Source: Lama guanicoe (lineage: Eukaryota). Taken from it: a stretch of 64,000 bases of DNA. How positions within the stretch are numbered: the first letter of the stretch is position 1; every line of letters begins with the position of its first letter. The notes under the pieces are model-generated. The model was given only the letters and a program-made list of their open reading frames with translations. It had not been told where the DNA came from and ran no database searches. Below, in pieces: positions 14,200-25,810 of the stretch. Position numbers and translations under genes: made by a program. Location of the stretch: NCBI GenBank assembly GCA_013239625.1, contig MU054323.1, positions 18,184,819-18,248,818 of the forward strand, read 5' to 3'.

Positions 14200-14350
14200 C
14201 CCCCCCGGCAGGAGTGTTATCCTCATTTGAAAGATGCAGATCTTGAGTGACTTGTCCTTGGTCATAGTGCTTACACATCGCAGAGCGGGAACCGAAACGC
14301 AGGATGTCTGACTCCAAGACCTGGGCCCTTAAACCTCCATGCTCACTGCC
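14200..14350 (-). mobile_element. MIR SINE
   Basis: ttatcctcatttgaaagatg...gtgacttgtccttggtcatag...tgtctgactccaagacctg. Confidence 0.7.
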
Positions 14351-14764
14351 TCGAATTGATTCCCACCTCTTCAGCATGTTTGCATTTAAGTGGCACTTTC
14401 TAGAATACTAAAATCTTAATGACTCTGATGAATGGGAAAAGGAAGGGGCATTGGGAGCCACAAAACAATCCCTCAGGACTCTTGAATCATAAAAGTTGTG
14501 AGTGGGTGAGAGGATGACTCCACTTTGATCAAAGATTAACTCATAAGATGCAAGGTATTTCCCTTTGTAGGGGTCCAGGTGAAAATCTACTGTTGCAAGA
14601 ATCTGTCCTGGTCCTTTCATTGTAGAGAACAGGCATTAATTAACTGAAAACATGCACTGAATTTCCCCACCAGTTTGAGGCTCTGCAGCCTGAATTTGTC
14701 TTGCCTCCAGCCTCCCCAGGACATCACCAACCCCTCCACCTCCCTTCCCCAACAGCGTGACTGC

Positions 14765-14950
14765 TTCAGTGTTAGGATTCTCAAATGGTGGTCTCCAGAC
14801 CAGCAGCACCTAGGAACTTGTGAAAAATGAATTCTTGAGCCCTGCTGTGGTCCTACCGAATCAGAAACCCTGGGGTTGAAGTCTGATGATCTCTGCTTTA
14901 GTGACTCAGCCTCCAGGTCATCCTGATCTATGCTCAGTCTGGCGACCGCT
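14765..14950. mobile_element. MER5A-like hAT MITE
   Basis: ttctcaaatggtggtctccagaccagcagcacctaggaacttgt...gaatcagaaaccctggggt...cctccaggtcatcctgat. Confidence 0.8.
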
Positions 14951-15289
14951 GTCTCTGTGCAAGGTGTCAATAAAGTGCAATATGGATTCTAATTAACTGC
15001 ACACTGTGCTTAGAAGGGCGATTCAAGCAGAATATGGCCAGAATATGGCCAGGTCTGGCTCAGAGTAGGTTGGCAGCAAACACACTCTGAAATGCCAAAC
15101 ATCAGATACAGGAGTCCAGCAGGAGATAATAGAAATCTAGAGAGTAGAAACAGCTTCAGTACAGTGAAATACAAAGGACTGAAATCTCTGCTGAGTCCTT
15201 ACAGAACATAACAAGTCTAACAGCTGCCTCCAGTTACCCAAGTTCAGGGGTAGGGGTGCCCAAGATGGGGCGCAGTATGGCAGGACAAG

Positions 15290-15725
15290 GCCCCTGGGCC
15301 GATACAACAACCTGTGGCAAACTGGGTGGCTTCAGCAGCAGAATTTACTGTCTCACAGTTCTGGAGGCCAGAGGTCTAAAGTCAGGGTGTCATGAGGGCC
15401 ATGCTCCCTCTGAAGGCCGTAGGCCATGCACTACTCCACGCCTTTCTTCTAGCTTCTGGTAGCTTCAGGTGTCCCATGGCTTCTAGATGCATCACTCCAG
15501 CCCCGCTGTGTCTTCACCTTGTCTTCCCGTTGTGCATGTCTCTGGGTCCAGATTTCCCCTTTTCATAAGGACCTTGATCATGGTGGAATAGGGCCCCCTC
15601 TAATGACCTCATTTTAGCTTAGTGTCCTCTGTCAAGACCCTATTTCCACATAAGGTCACATTCGGAGGTAGTGGGGTTAGGACTTCAACATACGATTTTG
15701 GGGGGAGCACAATTCAACCCATAAG
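15290..15725 (-). mobile_element. MLT1 (MaLR) solo LTR
   Basis: aaactgggtggcttc..aatttactgtctcacagttctggaggccaga...taatgacctcattttagctt...gggggagcacaattcaacccataa. Confidence 0.85.
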
Positions 15726-16904
15726 AGTGCCCAGAGGAGGAAAACGGGGTCAAGATGGGAAAAGGGTGAGGGGCAGGGGAGAGCGTGGTCCTTTGGTGGG
15801 TATAATGCACAGAACATGAGGAGGCAGCTCCTCAAAGAGTGTGCCTTTGGAACTTTTTGTCAACTCCTTTTGTGTTTTTTTTCCTGCCACAATTTAGACA
15901 CTTAGACAATCCATGTTAGCCCCACCAGATTCCTCCTTTTCACAATTGGCAGTGCAGTGGCAGAGAGAACACTGCGTTAGGGATAAAGGACATGAAGTGG
16001 AAAATTTTCTCTCTGAGTCTGCTTTGTGGAGAAAGAGAATAATTCCTACCCTACTTCCTGAGATACTTTAGAGATTATCTGTTGAATTGTGAATGTTGTC
16101 CATGGTGAACTCCATAAATTCTGTAAAGAGCTCGATCACCGAAACGTGTCAGATAAATAAGAGCTTAGTGACCTCTTAGCCCTCCCCGGTATTCCTCCTC
16201 CTCTTCCCTCCCAGACTCCACAGAGGATTTTCAAGAGACACTGAGGTTTTATACTAAAACATAGTGTATGGAACTGGGCTGCTGCTATAGAATAGTGCAA
16301 ATTTTTCCAACTGCTTCTAGAATTCTTGAGAAGCCATGGAGCATGCGCCAAGTTGCAGAGTGGGATGCTGGAAGGATGATGTTTGCTGCATCACTGATGT
16401 TTCTTTAACCCCTGGAGGCCCCTCCATTTCTGATTGTCACTGGCATGGAGATCAGACTTTCTACCGGAGCTGGAGTGTCAACATTTCCTCAAGAACAAAT
16501 AGTGAATCATCCACTGTGGCAGACTCACTCTGAGAAAATAACAGTCCTATTCTCTCTCTTCCTGTGTCCTCTAGGAATTTCTCTGAATTTCACTTTGTCT
16601 CTTGTGGGGAGACAATCAGCTCTCATGATGAACTGCCTCTTCTTTTATAGGCCAGACCTCCTCACTGCCTTTCTTTTTGCGGGGCTTAGCTCTCTTCTCC
16701 AGGATCTTAGCTCTTACTCTAGTAGCCTTCAGGTACTGCACTGCTCCCCAGATTCCAGGCTCAGATAACCAAGGTAGTCATTTCTCAGTGCCACACCCAG
16801 AGCTCAACAAGGCCACTAGTTGTCCCCTCCAGTACCCATTTCTTCTTTCCTGCTGCTCCCTGCACCATGCCCCACCCCAGCTGGTTTTTAATAGGAGACA
16901 CAGC

Positions 16905-17135
16905 AGGGGCAATAGCATTGGCTTTGAGTCCTGAGTCTGATTCTTAACTCTGCTTTTTGATAGCTGTGTGACTTTGGGCAAGTTACTCAACCTCTCTGAT
17001 CTGCAATTCCTAATCCATAACATTAATAGCATCTACTTCGTGGAGTTACTGTGATGGTTGAGAGAGAGAATGTGAAGGTAAAACGTACCTGTAAAGTCCC
17101 TCACGCGGTGTTTCATACTAATTTGGTGACAGCTA
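16905..17135 (+). mobile_element. MIR SINE
   Basis: ggctttgagtc...tagctgtgtgactttgggcaagttactcaacctctctga core. Confidence 0.8.
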
Positions 17136-18397
17136 TTGGAAGCCCAGCCCTGGCCACGGCTGGTGCAGTCATCTCAGTCTTGAAGTGGGGCCCTTGCCTT
17201 GTTATTTACAGCAGGACTTGTCACTAGCCAGAGCTAAGACCTCAGAAGCTGAAAAGGCTCTTATCTGTGGCCCTGCACCAGCGAAGCAAGGCTCAGACTG
17301 CTGTTTACTTGGGAGGAGTCACTCACCTTTACAGCCGTGGCTAGTCTTTCTTTGTGAGAGCCTTAAGGCAACCCACAGCCTAGAGGCTGGCCCCGGGCCG
17401 CGTGGTCACTGGCCGGTTCTAGTCGTTGTCTTCTTCCCAGTGCCACTCTAGGAGGGCCCCGACCCCCAGAACAAAGACAAGCGGCCGCCTCGGGGCGCGC
17501 CTGCCTCCCCCAGGGCTGCCTTCCCGCCACGAGGTGGTCATGGGCAGCACAGAGCCAGCCGGGCTGTGGAAACGTGGCCTCTGAGTCCCAGGACTTCTCC
17601 CGGCAGCAGCAGGCCTCTGGGTCTGCCCCTCTTTTGGAAGGCAAGTTAACCCCTTTATATAATCTTGGTTTTCATTGCCGATTCCTCCAGGAACTGCTTG
17701 TCCAGAACAGTCTCCAGGATGGAATACACGTGCACCCCTCGGTCTCCTCATGACTCTTTTCTTACTTGCATGCAGTTTTTCTCTTCTCAGTCCAGTAGGC
17801 ACAGGTGACTGAGTGGTGACCAGGGCAGCGTGTGCCCAGTGCAGCCTTAGCTGGGCCCTACCCTCCGTGGGTTGATTCACTCAGCGTTCTTGGTTATCCT
17901 CACTATCGTGGTTAAACTAGTTTATAATTCTGTCTTTTTCTCTAATTTTTTTTTACCTTAAGATCTATGCAGCTACTAGTTAGCTCGATTCGCACTAGCT
18001 AAATCTGATGTCGTCCTCCTCTGTATCATGGATGACCTTCAGGTCAGCCTTCCCCGATACTGGTGTGAACCCAGTGTCCCCACTACTCTTCAGCGAGGAG
18101 AGCAGTATGTTTTCCTTCAGGTGGCGGAGACGGTCTGGGGTTAGCCGCTGCCAGCACAGCCTTCCTGTGTGCCCCGCGGGGACGGGGAGATGGCAGGGAA
18201 TTAAGATCACCTGTGCCAACCAGGGGCTTGGCAGGCAGGCACGCTCTATTATCTTCTGCTGGAAAACCTCCCTGTTACCCTCTTGAAGGCTAAAACCCAG
18301 GGCCCTTTTCCAGTAATGGAGCTATATTTGTTACTACGCAGGGCAGGGCCGATATGACATCCTGAGAATTCCCAAGGCAAAATATCAAGCCCGTGCA

Positions 18398-18425
<28 letters not shown>
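18398..18425. repeat. (TG)n microsatellite
   Basis: About 14 TG units seen directly. Confidence 0.9.
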
Positions 18426-18428
<3 letters not shown>

Positions 18429-18527
18429 ACACGTACACGTGTATGTGGTCGGGGTGGGGAGTCGAGGTATGATGGCAAGAATTTGAAGACCAACCTTTTG
18501 CTTTACTTCACTCATAAAGAGTGGCTT

Positions 18528-18685
18528 TCATAAATGACAAGGTCCTACTGTGTAGCCCAGGGAACTATATTCAATATGGTAGTAACCTATAATGAAAAAG
18601 AATATATATATGTGTGTATGACTGAGTCACCATGCTGTACACCAGAGACTAAGAACATTGTAAATCCTACACTTCAATTAAAAAA
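18528..18685 (+). mobile_element. Cetartiodactyl-type L1 extreme 3' end
   Basis: caaggtcctactgtgtagcccagggaactatattcaatat...tgctgtacaccaga...acattgtaaatc..acttcaattaaaaaa. Confidence 0.85.
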
Positions 18686-19423
18686 TGGTGTTCACCAGGC
18701 CGCTCTGCTGCCTGGTGTCTCCGTGCGTCTGCCCACGTCACAGCGCCAGTGCAGACAAGCCTACATCTGGGCTGAGAATAACCAGCAGTCTCCAAAGGCT
18801 GTCATGCTGCTGTCTTCCTCTTTTCCCTCTTGGTCATCCATCTGGCATTTTGACAAAAGGACAGCTGTCCCTCCTCTGCCAAGAGCTGCTCAGCTCAGAC
18901 AGGCAGTTTCATCTTCAGCTCCACCAGGAGAACTTCACCAGTGGTCCCAGGACGGTGTGTGATGGGTCAGAAGAATGGACCTGCGGCTCCCCAGTTCCCC
19001 GTTCCTCTTCCTCTCCACCTCAACTTTCCACATCCCTCACAGCAGACCTGGAGCAGAAGCGCGCCAACAGTTACTCCAGAGCAAACTGAACCATCAGCTG
19101 TGGCAGATCCACTCGGAGGGGGAGAAACAAACCCCAGAACCAGTTCTCTTCTCTGGGCTCCTGTGTCCTCTGGGGATTCCTCTGAATTAAAGGTTCTGGT
19201 CCCACCTGGGAGGAGTCACAGTTGAGGGCTTTCATTCTAGGCCTTTCGCGTACATGTCACATGGTGACGTGCGGCAGGGAAGGAACTTCTCTGTGACGTG
19301 GTCTATTTGTAGAAAAGGTGATAATATTTGCAGATCATGTGGTTATAACCATGAAGTAAGGTAGTGAACACAAGTGCCAAGCAGAGTGCCTGCGGCCTTA
19401 GTGGGCACTCCAACTACTGGTTC

Positions 19424-19557
19424 TCTCTCTTTTTTTTTCTGTTAGGAGTGGGCAATTAGGTTTGTTTATTTATTTTTACAGGAGACACTGGGATTGAACC
19501 CATGACCTTGAGTGTGCCAGGCATGCGCTCTTAGCACTTGAGCTATACCCTCATGCC
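19424..19557 (-). mobile_element. Camelid-type tRNA-derived SINE
   Basis: Same family as 12331-12485 (aattaggtttgtttattt...ggattgaaccc...gagctataccc). Short target-site duplication ctggttc at 19417-19423 and 19558-19564. Lies at the end of a MIR (about 19300-19415). Confidence 0.82.
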
Positions 19558-21272
19558 CTGGTTCCCTTCCTACCTTTCCTAAGTGGGAGACACTGAGTGT
19601 TCAGGAGCACCTGACATCCAGGTGATGCCCTGGAGACCAGATGCCCTAAAACACAGGGAAGTCTGACCTTTCTTACTCTGCTCACAGGCCCCTACTCCTG
19701 ATTTGCCTTATAGAGACGGTTCCAGTGCTAAGAAATGTTAAAAGGCATTAGTTTAAGGATAACTACTGGATGTCATTGAAGGGGGTGGGACATTTAAGGT
19801 GAACTCGATTGAAACCACTTGTGTTAGGAAATGGGGCCTATGGCAAAGTAAAACCATGCCACGCAGCTGGCAAGAGACAGTGGCAGAGGGACACAGGCCT
19901 CATCTGTTTAGACTCCAGCTCTGTGTCACAACTGCTCTTCTCACGTGGTAGATGGAGCACAGCGGCACCCACCGGTTCCAGGAAGGGCTGTGAGAAATCA
20001 TGTCCCTAAAGGAATTTACTGTAAGAAGGAGCAAATGCCACCTGCCAGACAATTGGGTTTAGTCATCTCCCCACAGGGAGATCTTTTATACTGAAGACTC
20101 CCTTCTTGCAAGACTGCCTTCTCAGGTTTCTGAGATTCCCGGGAGGGAAAAAGGGCCATAACCTTCTTTTGCCTTTGCTCTGGGATTGCTCTGTGGCTGA
20201 CAGGATAGAGGAATCAAATTTACAAAGGTCTGAAAGGAAATCCAGACACAGGCTATTATTAGATGAGAGACAGGCCAAGGCGGTACCAGCTGGCGAGGGA
20301 CTACCAGTGGTACTTGGATTTACGAGAGGATCTGAAACAAGAGCATGGCCGTATGTCCGTGAAAGCAGTAGGAATCGTGCCTTTTCAAAACTTCCACTTT
20401 TCAGAAGCCAAGGTCACAACCATGGCTTATATATAACGAGGCTCATTTCATATAATAAGAGAAATAAGAATGTATTTTTCAGGAAATGACAGGGAACTAG
20501 GAAGAAAATGAAGTTAATGGTGTTTGGGGGATGATTTAAAAATTTCAAATAGTGCTGTCAGAGGGGAAAGAAATCACAGAATGTAGAATAATGGATCTGG
20601 GAAGGTCTGTGGCTTGGCCGACCGCAGTTCACTGCTGCCCAAGCTTCTTTACCTGGCTTTCACAGTAGTTCATCCAAAGGTCTCACTTGACCTGTCTTAG
20701 CGGCCTACTTCCAGAACCTCCCCTTGACAGATGCAAAAGCTGAGAACCAGTGATTTGAAGAGAGGGCTCGCTCTTACACAGCTGGTTTGTATTAGAGTTG
20801 ACAATAGAAGGGAAGTCTCCTATGAAAATATATTTACAATATAGTGTTAGTAAGAAAAATCTTTTATTAGTCTGTCTCCACATGTGATTGCGTGTGTGTG
20901 TGTGTGCGTGCACACATTCCTGAGTAGTGACTGCAGTTGATTTCTTTTCTAAATTGTCTATATTTCGATTGTCTTTATTTTCCTCAATATACTTGTAAGA
21001 TTGTTGGTTGATTTGAGTACAAAGGGAGAAGCAGTGGCTTATATGAGTGGGCAGTCTAGGGACACTGTGTCAGCAACAGCCAGAACCAGGTGTTCTCCTT
21101 CTTCATGTTTCTTGACCCTGTTTCTGTCTGAGTGCTGGCCTCCTTCCCACCCATGGAAAATGAGCCTCCTCCATGTGGCCCGAACACATGGCCACGGCAA
21201 TGCCAGTCTTTGTTATTTCCACTCTGTAGCCCCAGGAGAAAGAGAATTGCTCCAGACGATTCTAAATGGCCC

Positions 21273-21786
21273 TATTACCAAGTCCAAGCTCATACTGCTT
21301 GCTGGACAACAGGCCAGTAAGTCAAGAGACGAGTTGTTGGCGCAAGGAACAGCAACTTTATTTGGAAAGCCAGCAGACCGGGAAGATGGTGACGAGGGTC
21401 CCAAAGAACCATCTGGCTTGGGTTTGGGTGCTCGTTTCTTTCATAGAACAAAGAGGTGAGGAGGTAAAGTAAAAAAAGATGGTAAGTTGTTGCAAATATT
21501 TCCTAGTTCTGGCCAGACTCCCAAGGGGATATGTTAATTTCTTCTTTCCTGCAGTCATTCATGGGTGAGCCTGGTCAGGATGTTGTCTGTGAGCTAAGCA
21601 AAGGTATTTCAGCTTAATGCTCAGGCGTGGGAGGCAGGGTTCCTGGAGATGGGCTATTATGTGTATTTTAAGCTATAGGCAACATCCCTTTAGTGATTAA
21701 CTTGAAGCAAAAGCAATAGAAAATACAAATGCTCAAGGAAAGGAAACTGATCCAATATGGAGTCAGATTTGTTCTTTCTGGTTACA
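21273..21786 (-). mobile_element. ERV1-class solo LTR, MER41-like cetartiodactyl family
   Basis: Minus strand begins TGTAACCAGAAAGAACAAATCTGACTCCATATTGGATC, has AATAAA (ctttattt on + near 21357-21362), about 510 bp long. Confidence 0.7.
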
Positions 21787-21956
21787 GTCTCCCTGGTTGG
21801 ATCACATGATCCAGGTAGATTCATAACTGCGCTCAGGAGAGGGGGACTCTCGTGGATTCAGCCGAGTCATATGCCTCTCCCATCACTGAGGGCACGATTC
21901 CATAGCAGACACCCTTGACAATACTTTACAGAGTAGGAAGAATTAGTCCACAGAAG

Positions 21957-22110
21957 AAAGGAGACCAAACCACATGTTGACCATAATATGTGTTACTTTT
22001 TCAGTAAATATATATATATATATGTATATAAAAGGAGACCAAACCACATGTTGACCATAATATGTGTTACTTTTTTTTTAAATAAAATATATATATATAT
22101 GTATATATGT
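21957..22110. repeat. Tandem duplication with 74-bp period and (TA)n
   Basis: 45-bp identical core aaaggagaccaaaccacatgttgaccataatatgtgttacttttt starting at 21957 and 22031. Confidence 0.93.
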
Positions 22111-22264
22111 ATATATGTTGTTTTAGGGGAAAAAAAAAATCTAGCTTTTCTAGTCTCTTCCCATCACCCTGTAGAACTCGTCAGTTCACTGGCCTCACCA
22201 CTTTGTGTCCCCACCACGCTTGCTCCCATCTCTGCGATGTTGCTGGCATTTCCCTCTCTGCCTG

Positions 22265-22410
22265 AAAGCAGTGTGGGACCTAAGCAGAGACCCGGGTTCT
22301 AGTCCAGCCTCTGCTGTTAAACACTTGACGTGAGTCTGGACTGTAGCACCGTCCCCTTGGGCCTCAGTTTTCTTATCTCTGTCAATACCTGAGTTGGAGA
22401 AGGATCCACA
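22265..22410 (+). mobile_element. MIR SINE fragment
   Basis: agacccgggttctagtccagcctctgctgttaa...tgggcctcagttttcttatctct. Confidence 0.65.
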
Positions 22411-22924
22411 TGACTCACATACAAGCACAAGTATGCAGAGACCCCAGATAAGGTGTCTCCCATTTTCCCAGCATGGAGTGTTGCACACACACACAAGTCC
22501 AGTTATAACAAGTAAACTTGTCAGAATGTGAATGAATGTCCAATTACATTAATTTTTAATTTATTCAGTTATACAGACATATTAAAATGGCAGGTTTTAT
22601 AAAGCATTAATTGGTTGTACAGTAGTATTTTCTACCCTCATGCTCCATAAATAATTTTATTTAAACACATAAAGTATTCAGCATTGGTGCCATCATTAAT
22701 AGAGCCACTTTGGAATCATCTAACAGTTTTCCAGAGTGTGTCACCTTCATTTCTGTCTAGTTTTTTGCTATATGGTGCCTCTTGAATCTGTGTATGATTC
22801 TTTCATGGGCGTTTATTCCTTGCCACAAATACTCATTCAAAAGCAGTGTATTGGGTTTTTTTTTTTTTGAGTGTATGTTTGTGATACCTGCAGCAGATCA
22901 TTCTGCTGATTCTTCAGATGATCT

Positions 22925-23600
22925 TTATTTTTTATTGAAGTATAGTTGATTTACAATGTGTTAATTTCTAGTGTACAGCATGGTGGTTCAGTTGTACATA
23001 TGTATATACATATATTCCTTTTCATATTCTTTTTCATGATAGACTATTACAAGGTATTGAATATAGTTCCCTGTGCTGTACTGTAGGATCCTGCTGTTTA
23101 TCAGTTTATATATAATAGTATCTGCAAATCTTGAACTCTCAGTTTATCCCTCTCCCCACCCTTTTCCCCCTGGTAACCGTAAGTTTGTTTTCTATGTCTG
23201 TGAGTCTGTTTTGTAAATAAGTTCATTTGTGTCATTTTTTAGATTCCACATGTAAGTGAGATCATATGGTATTTTTCTTTCTTTTTCTAACTTACTTCAT
23301 TTAGTATGACAATCTCCAGGTCCATCCATGTTGCTGCAAATGGCATTATTTCTTTTTTATGGCTGAGTAGTATTCCAGTGTGTGTGTGTGTGTGTGTGTG
23401 TGTACACATATACATACACACAGAGGTTTTACAACCTCTTTATCCAGTCATCTGTTGATGGACATTTAGGTTGCCTCCACATCTTGGCTGTTGTAAATAG
23501 TGCTGCTGCAAACACTGGGGTGCATGTGTCTTTGCAAATTAGAATTTTCTCAGGACATATGCCCAAGAGTGGGATTGCTGGACCATATGGTAAGTCTATC
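22925..23600 (-). mobile_element. L1 3' end (5'-truncated) with internal (TG)n
   Basis: ttttattgaagtatagttgatttacaatgtg...; ORF 23429-23641 gives L1 ORF2 C-terminal motif LPYGPAIPLLGI...CTPVFAAALFTTAK.W.QPKCPSTDDWIK. Confidence 0.92.
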
Positions 23601-24589
23601 AAATGGTCTTTAAAAGGCTTGTTTGTTGTGGCATCTGGCACTCACAATTATGAGCTCAGGAATAATAACCACGTCTTTATTACACTTCTTATTTCCTTAT
23701 TGTCCACAATCTAATCCATCATGTGACCTCTGTACACAACTAACATTGATGGTGGGCATTGCAGGCAAACATGTCTCACCCAAAAGATATTGCCAGTAGA
23801 GTTATGAAGATTAGGCCCATTTAGGGGGAGACATTTTAGGGATGTGTATAATGTGACCCCCCTCTTTACTGAGGGCTAATTTTGGGAGAAACCTTCACCT
23901 TAATATTTGTGATGGCTGGCGAGGCAGAAGGAACAGCTGATGAAAGTCAGTTTTAAAACCGTGCACACCATAGAGGAAAGGCAAGGGTGATGCCATAGGG
24001 CGACTCAGTCATGAAGAGAATTAACCTGGGGGGACGCACCTGTGGCACTGGTGCAAAGGCAGGTACCTGGGAAGATAGTTCTTGGTGTGAATTAAAGGAA
24101 AAGGAAGAAGGGTGAGTTTGAGGGATTTTGCTGCCTGGAGTGAGAGCAGGAAGAGAAACAAGTCATTAGTTGGCCCTTAATTTACTTTAGTATTAACATG
24201 TTATGAGTCCTTTCTCTAGGGCTCTTGCCATTCATATGATGTCATATTTCAAATCTGAAGCCGTCTGAAAACTGTTGATGACTATCACTGGGAAAAGCTG
24301 AGAGGCAGATGAGAGGTAGCTGAACATAAGGCAGAAGATGAATAACTGTATGAACTTGCTCACTGGGTGTGAGGGGTGAGACATGATCCTCAAAGACCTG
24401 CTGCGTCTGATATTTGAGACTGTTCCAACTCATGTCGTATTTAACAGGAGATGAGAGAATGAGCTGTGCTTGGCTTATTTGTACAAGCAAGGAAAGCATT
24501 TCTGTGACACCTCTGTCAGATAACATGTTAGTTGTGCAAGGAAGCTCCTGTCTTTGAAAACTGTTTGAGACTAAAATGAATGAAATACA

Positions 24590-24730
24590 TGATACTATTT
24601 ATTAAGGGAGCATTTGCATGGATGTGATTTCATTTGATCACACAAACCTGTGAAGTAGGCAGATATTATCAACATTCCTATTTTGCAGAGAAACACAAAA
24701 CAGGTATGGAGTGGTTAATTGCTCAGTGAG
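24590..24730 (-). mobile_element. MIR fragment
   Basis: atttcatttgatcacacaaacctgtgaagtaggcagatattatc..cctattttgcagag. Confidence 0.6.
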
Positions 24731-25810
24731 GAGAGCCCGAAGAATATTGGACTTGCCTAGTGACATTCCCTCTCACACTGGGAGTTCTGAAACCACTTTG
24801 CAGAGTAGCCCCCAACACAAGGCTACAATGGCATCTCCTTCCCTGAGCAGAGTCAGCCAGTCTAGCCGCTAGGACGAATCCCTATTTGGCTGCAAGGGAA
24901 GATCCCCAGTTGGTAAGACTCATACTGATTCAAAGACGAGAGTTATTTTGTTTCCAGGTTCCTTTGTTTTGCTGCAGTTGGTTTAGTAAGATATGGATGT
25001 GGCAAATTTCAAACAGTACAAAAGGTTTACAGTGAAATGTGTTTTGTCTTATGTGCTCCTGAACCTTAATATTCCAGTTCTGGTCCCAAGAGGTAACTCT
25101 CAAATGACTGTCTTGTGAATGCTTCCAGAAAAGCTTTTTTTTTTTTTTAAAATCTCTGCTGTTATTTTTTTTTTCTTTAACACAAATGGTAGCATTGAAT
25201 TCTGTACCTTCTACTCTATCTCAGAGGCTATTCCTGATCATTACAGAAAAATCAACTTTATTCTTTGTAGGAGCTACTTAGAATTCCATTTAGTAGATAT
25301 GACATTTACAGACATTTAGGCTCCATAAGCAATGCTGAACTACGTATGTTTTGAAGTTTGTGTATACATACAAACATATCCTTGCAGAAAAAATATCCAG
25401 AAATGTAAGCGCTGTATCAAAAAGCCTATGCATTTAAAATTTGGAAGACATTGCCAAACAGTCAATCAAATTTAAATAAATGAAGTTGCACTCTATCAGT
25501 TATGAATGGAGTAACTGTTTTTCTCATCTGTGCTGTATATTACCAAACTTTTGATCATGACCAATTTACTGGTGAAAACTTACTTTTTAAATTTGCATTT
25601 CACATATTAAATCAGTATATCTGAAGATTTGCTTCACAAATATGAATACACTGTAAACTAATAAACTATACACCTAAATGGTAATGATACTAAAAAGTAT
25701 AAATTCATGTATTTTTATAACCCTGTAGGCAGTTTGTCCCTGTCTTCTGTCCATTTTTTTCTATTGGCCTGATGCTCTTTTCCTTACTGGTTTTTAAGAA
25801 CTCTTTTTAT

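Noticed and set aside
15030..15052. 11-bp tandem repeat gaatatggcca x2
   Set aside because: Ordinary micro-duplication with no sign of function.
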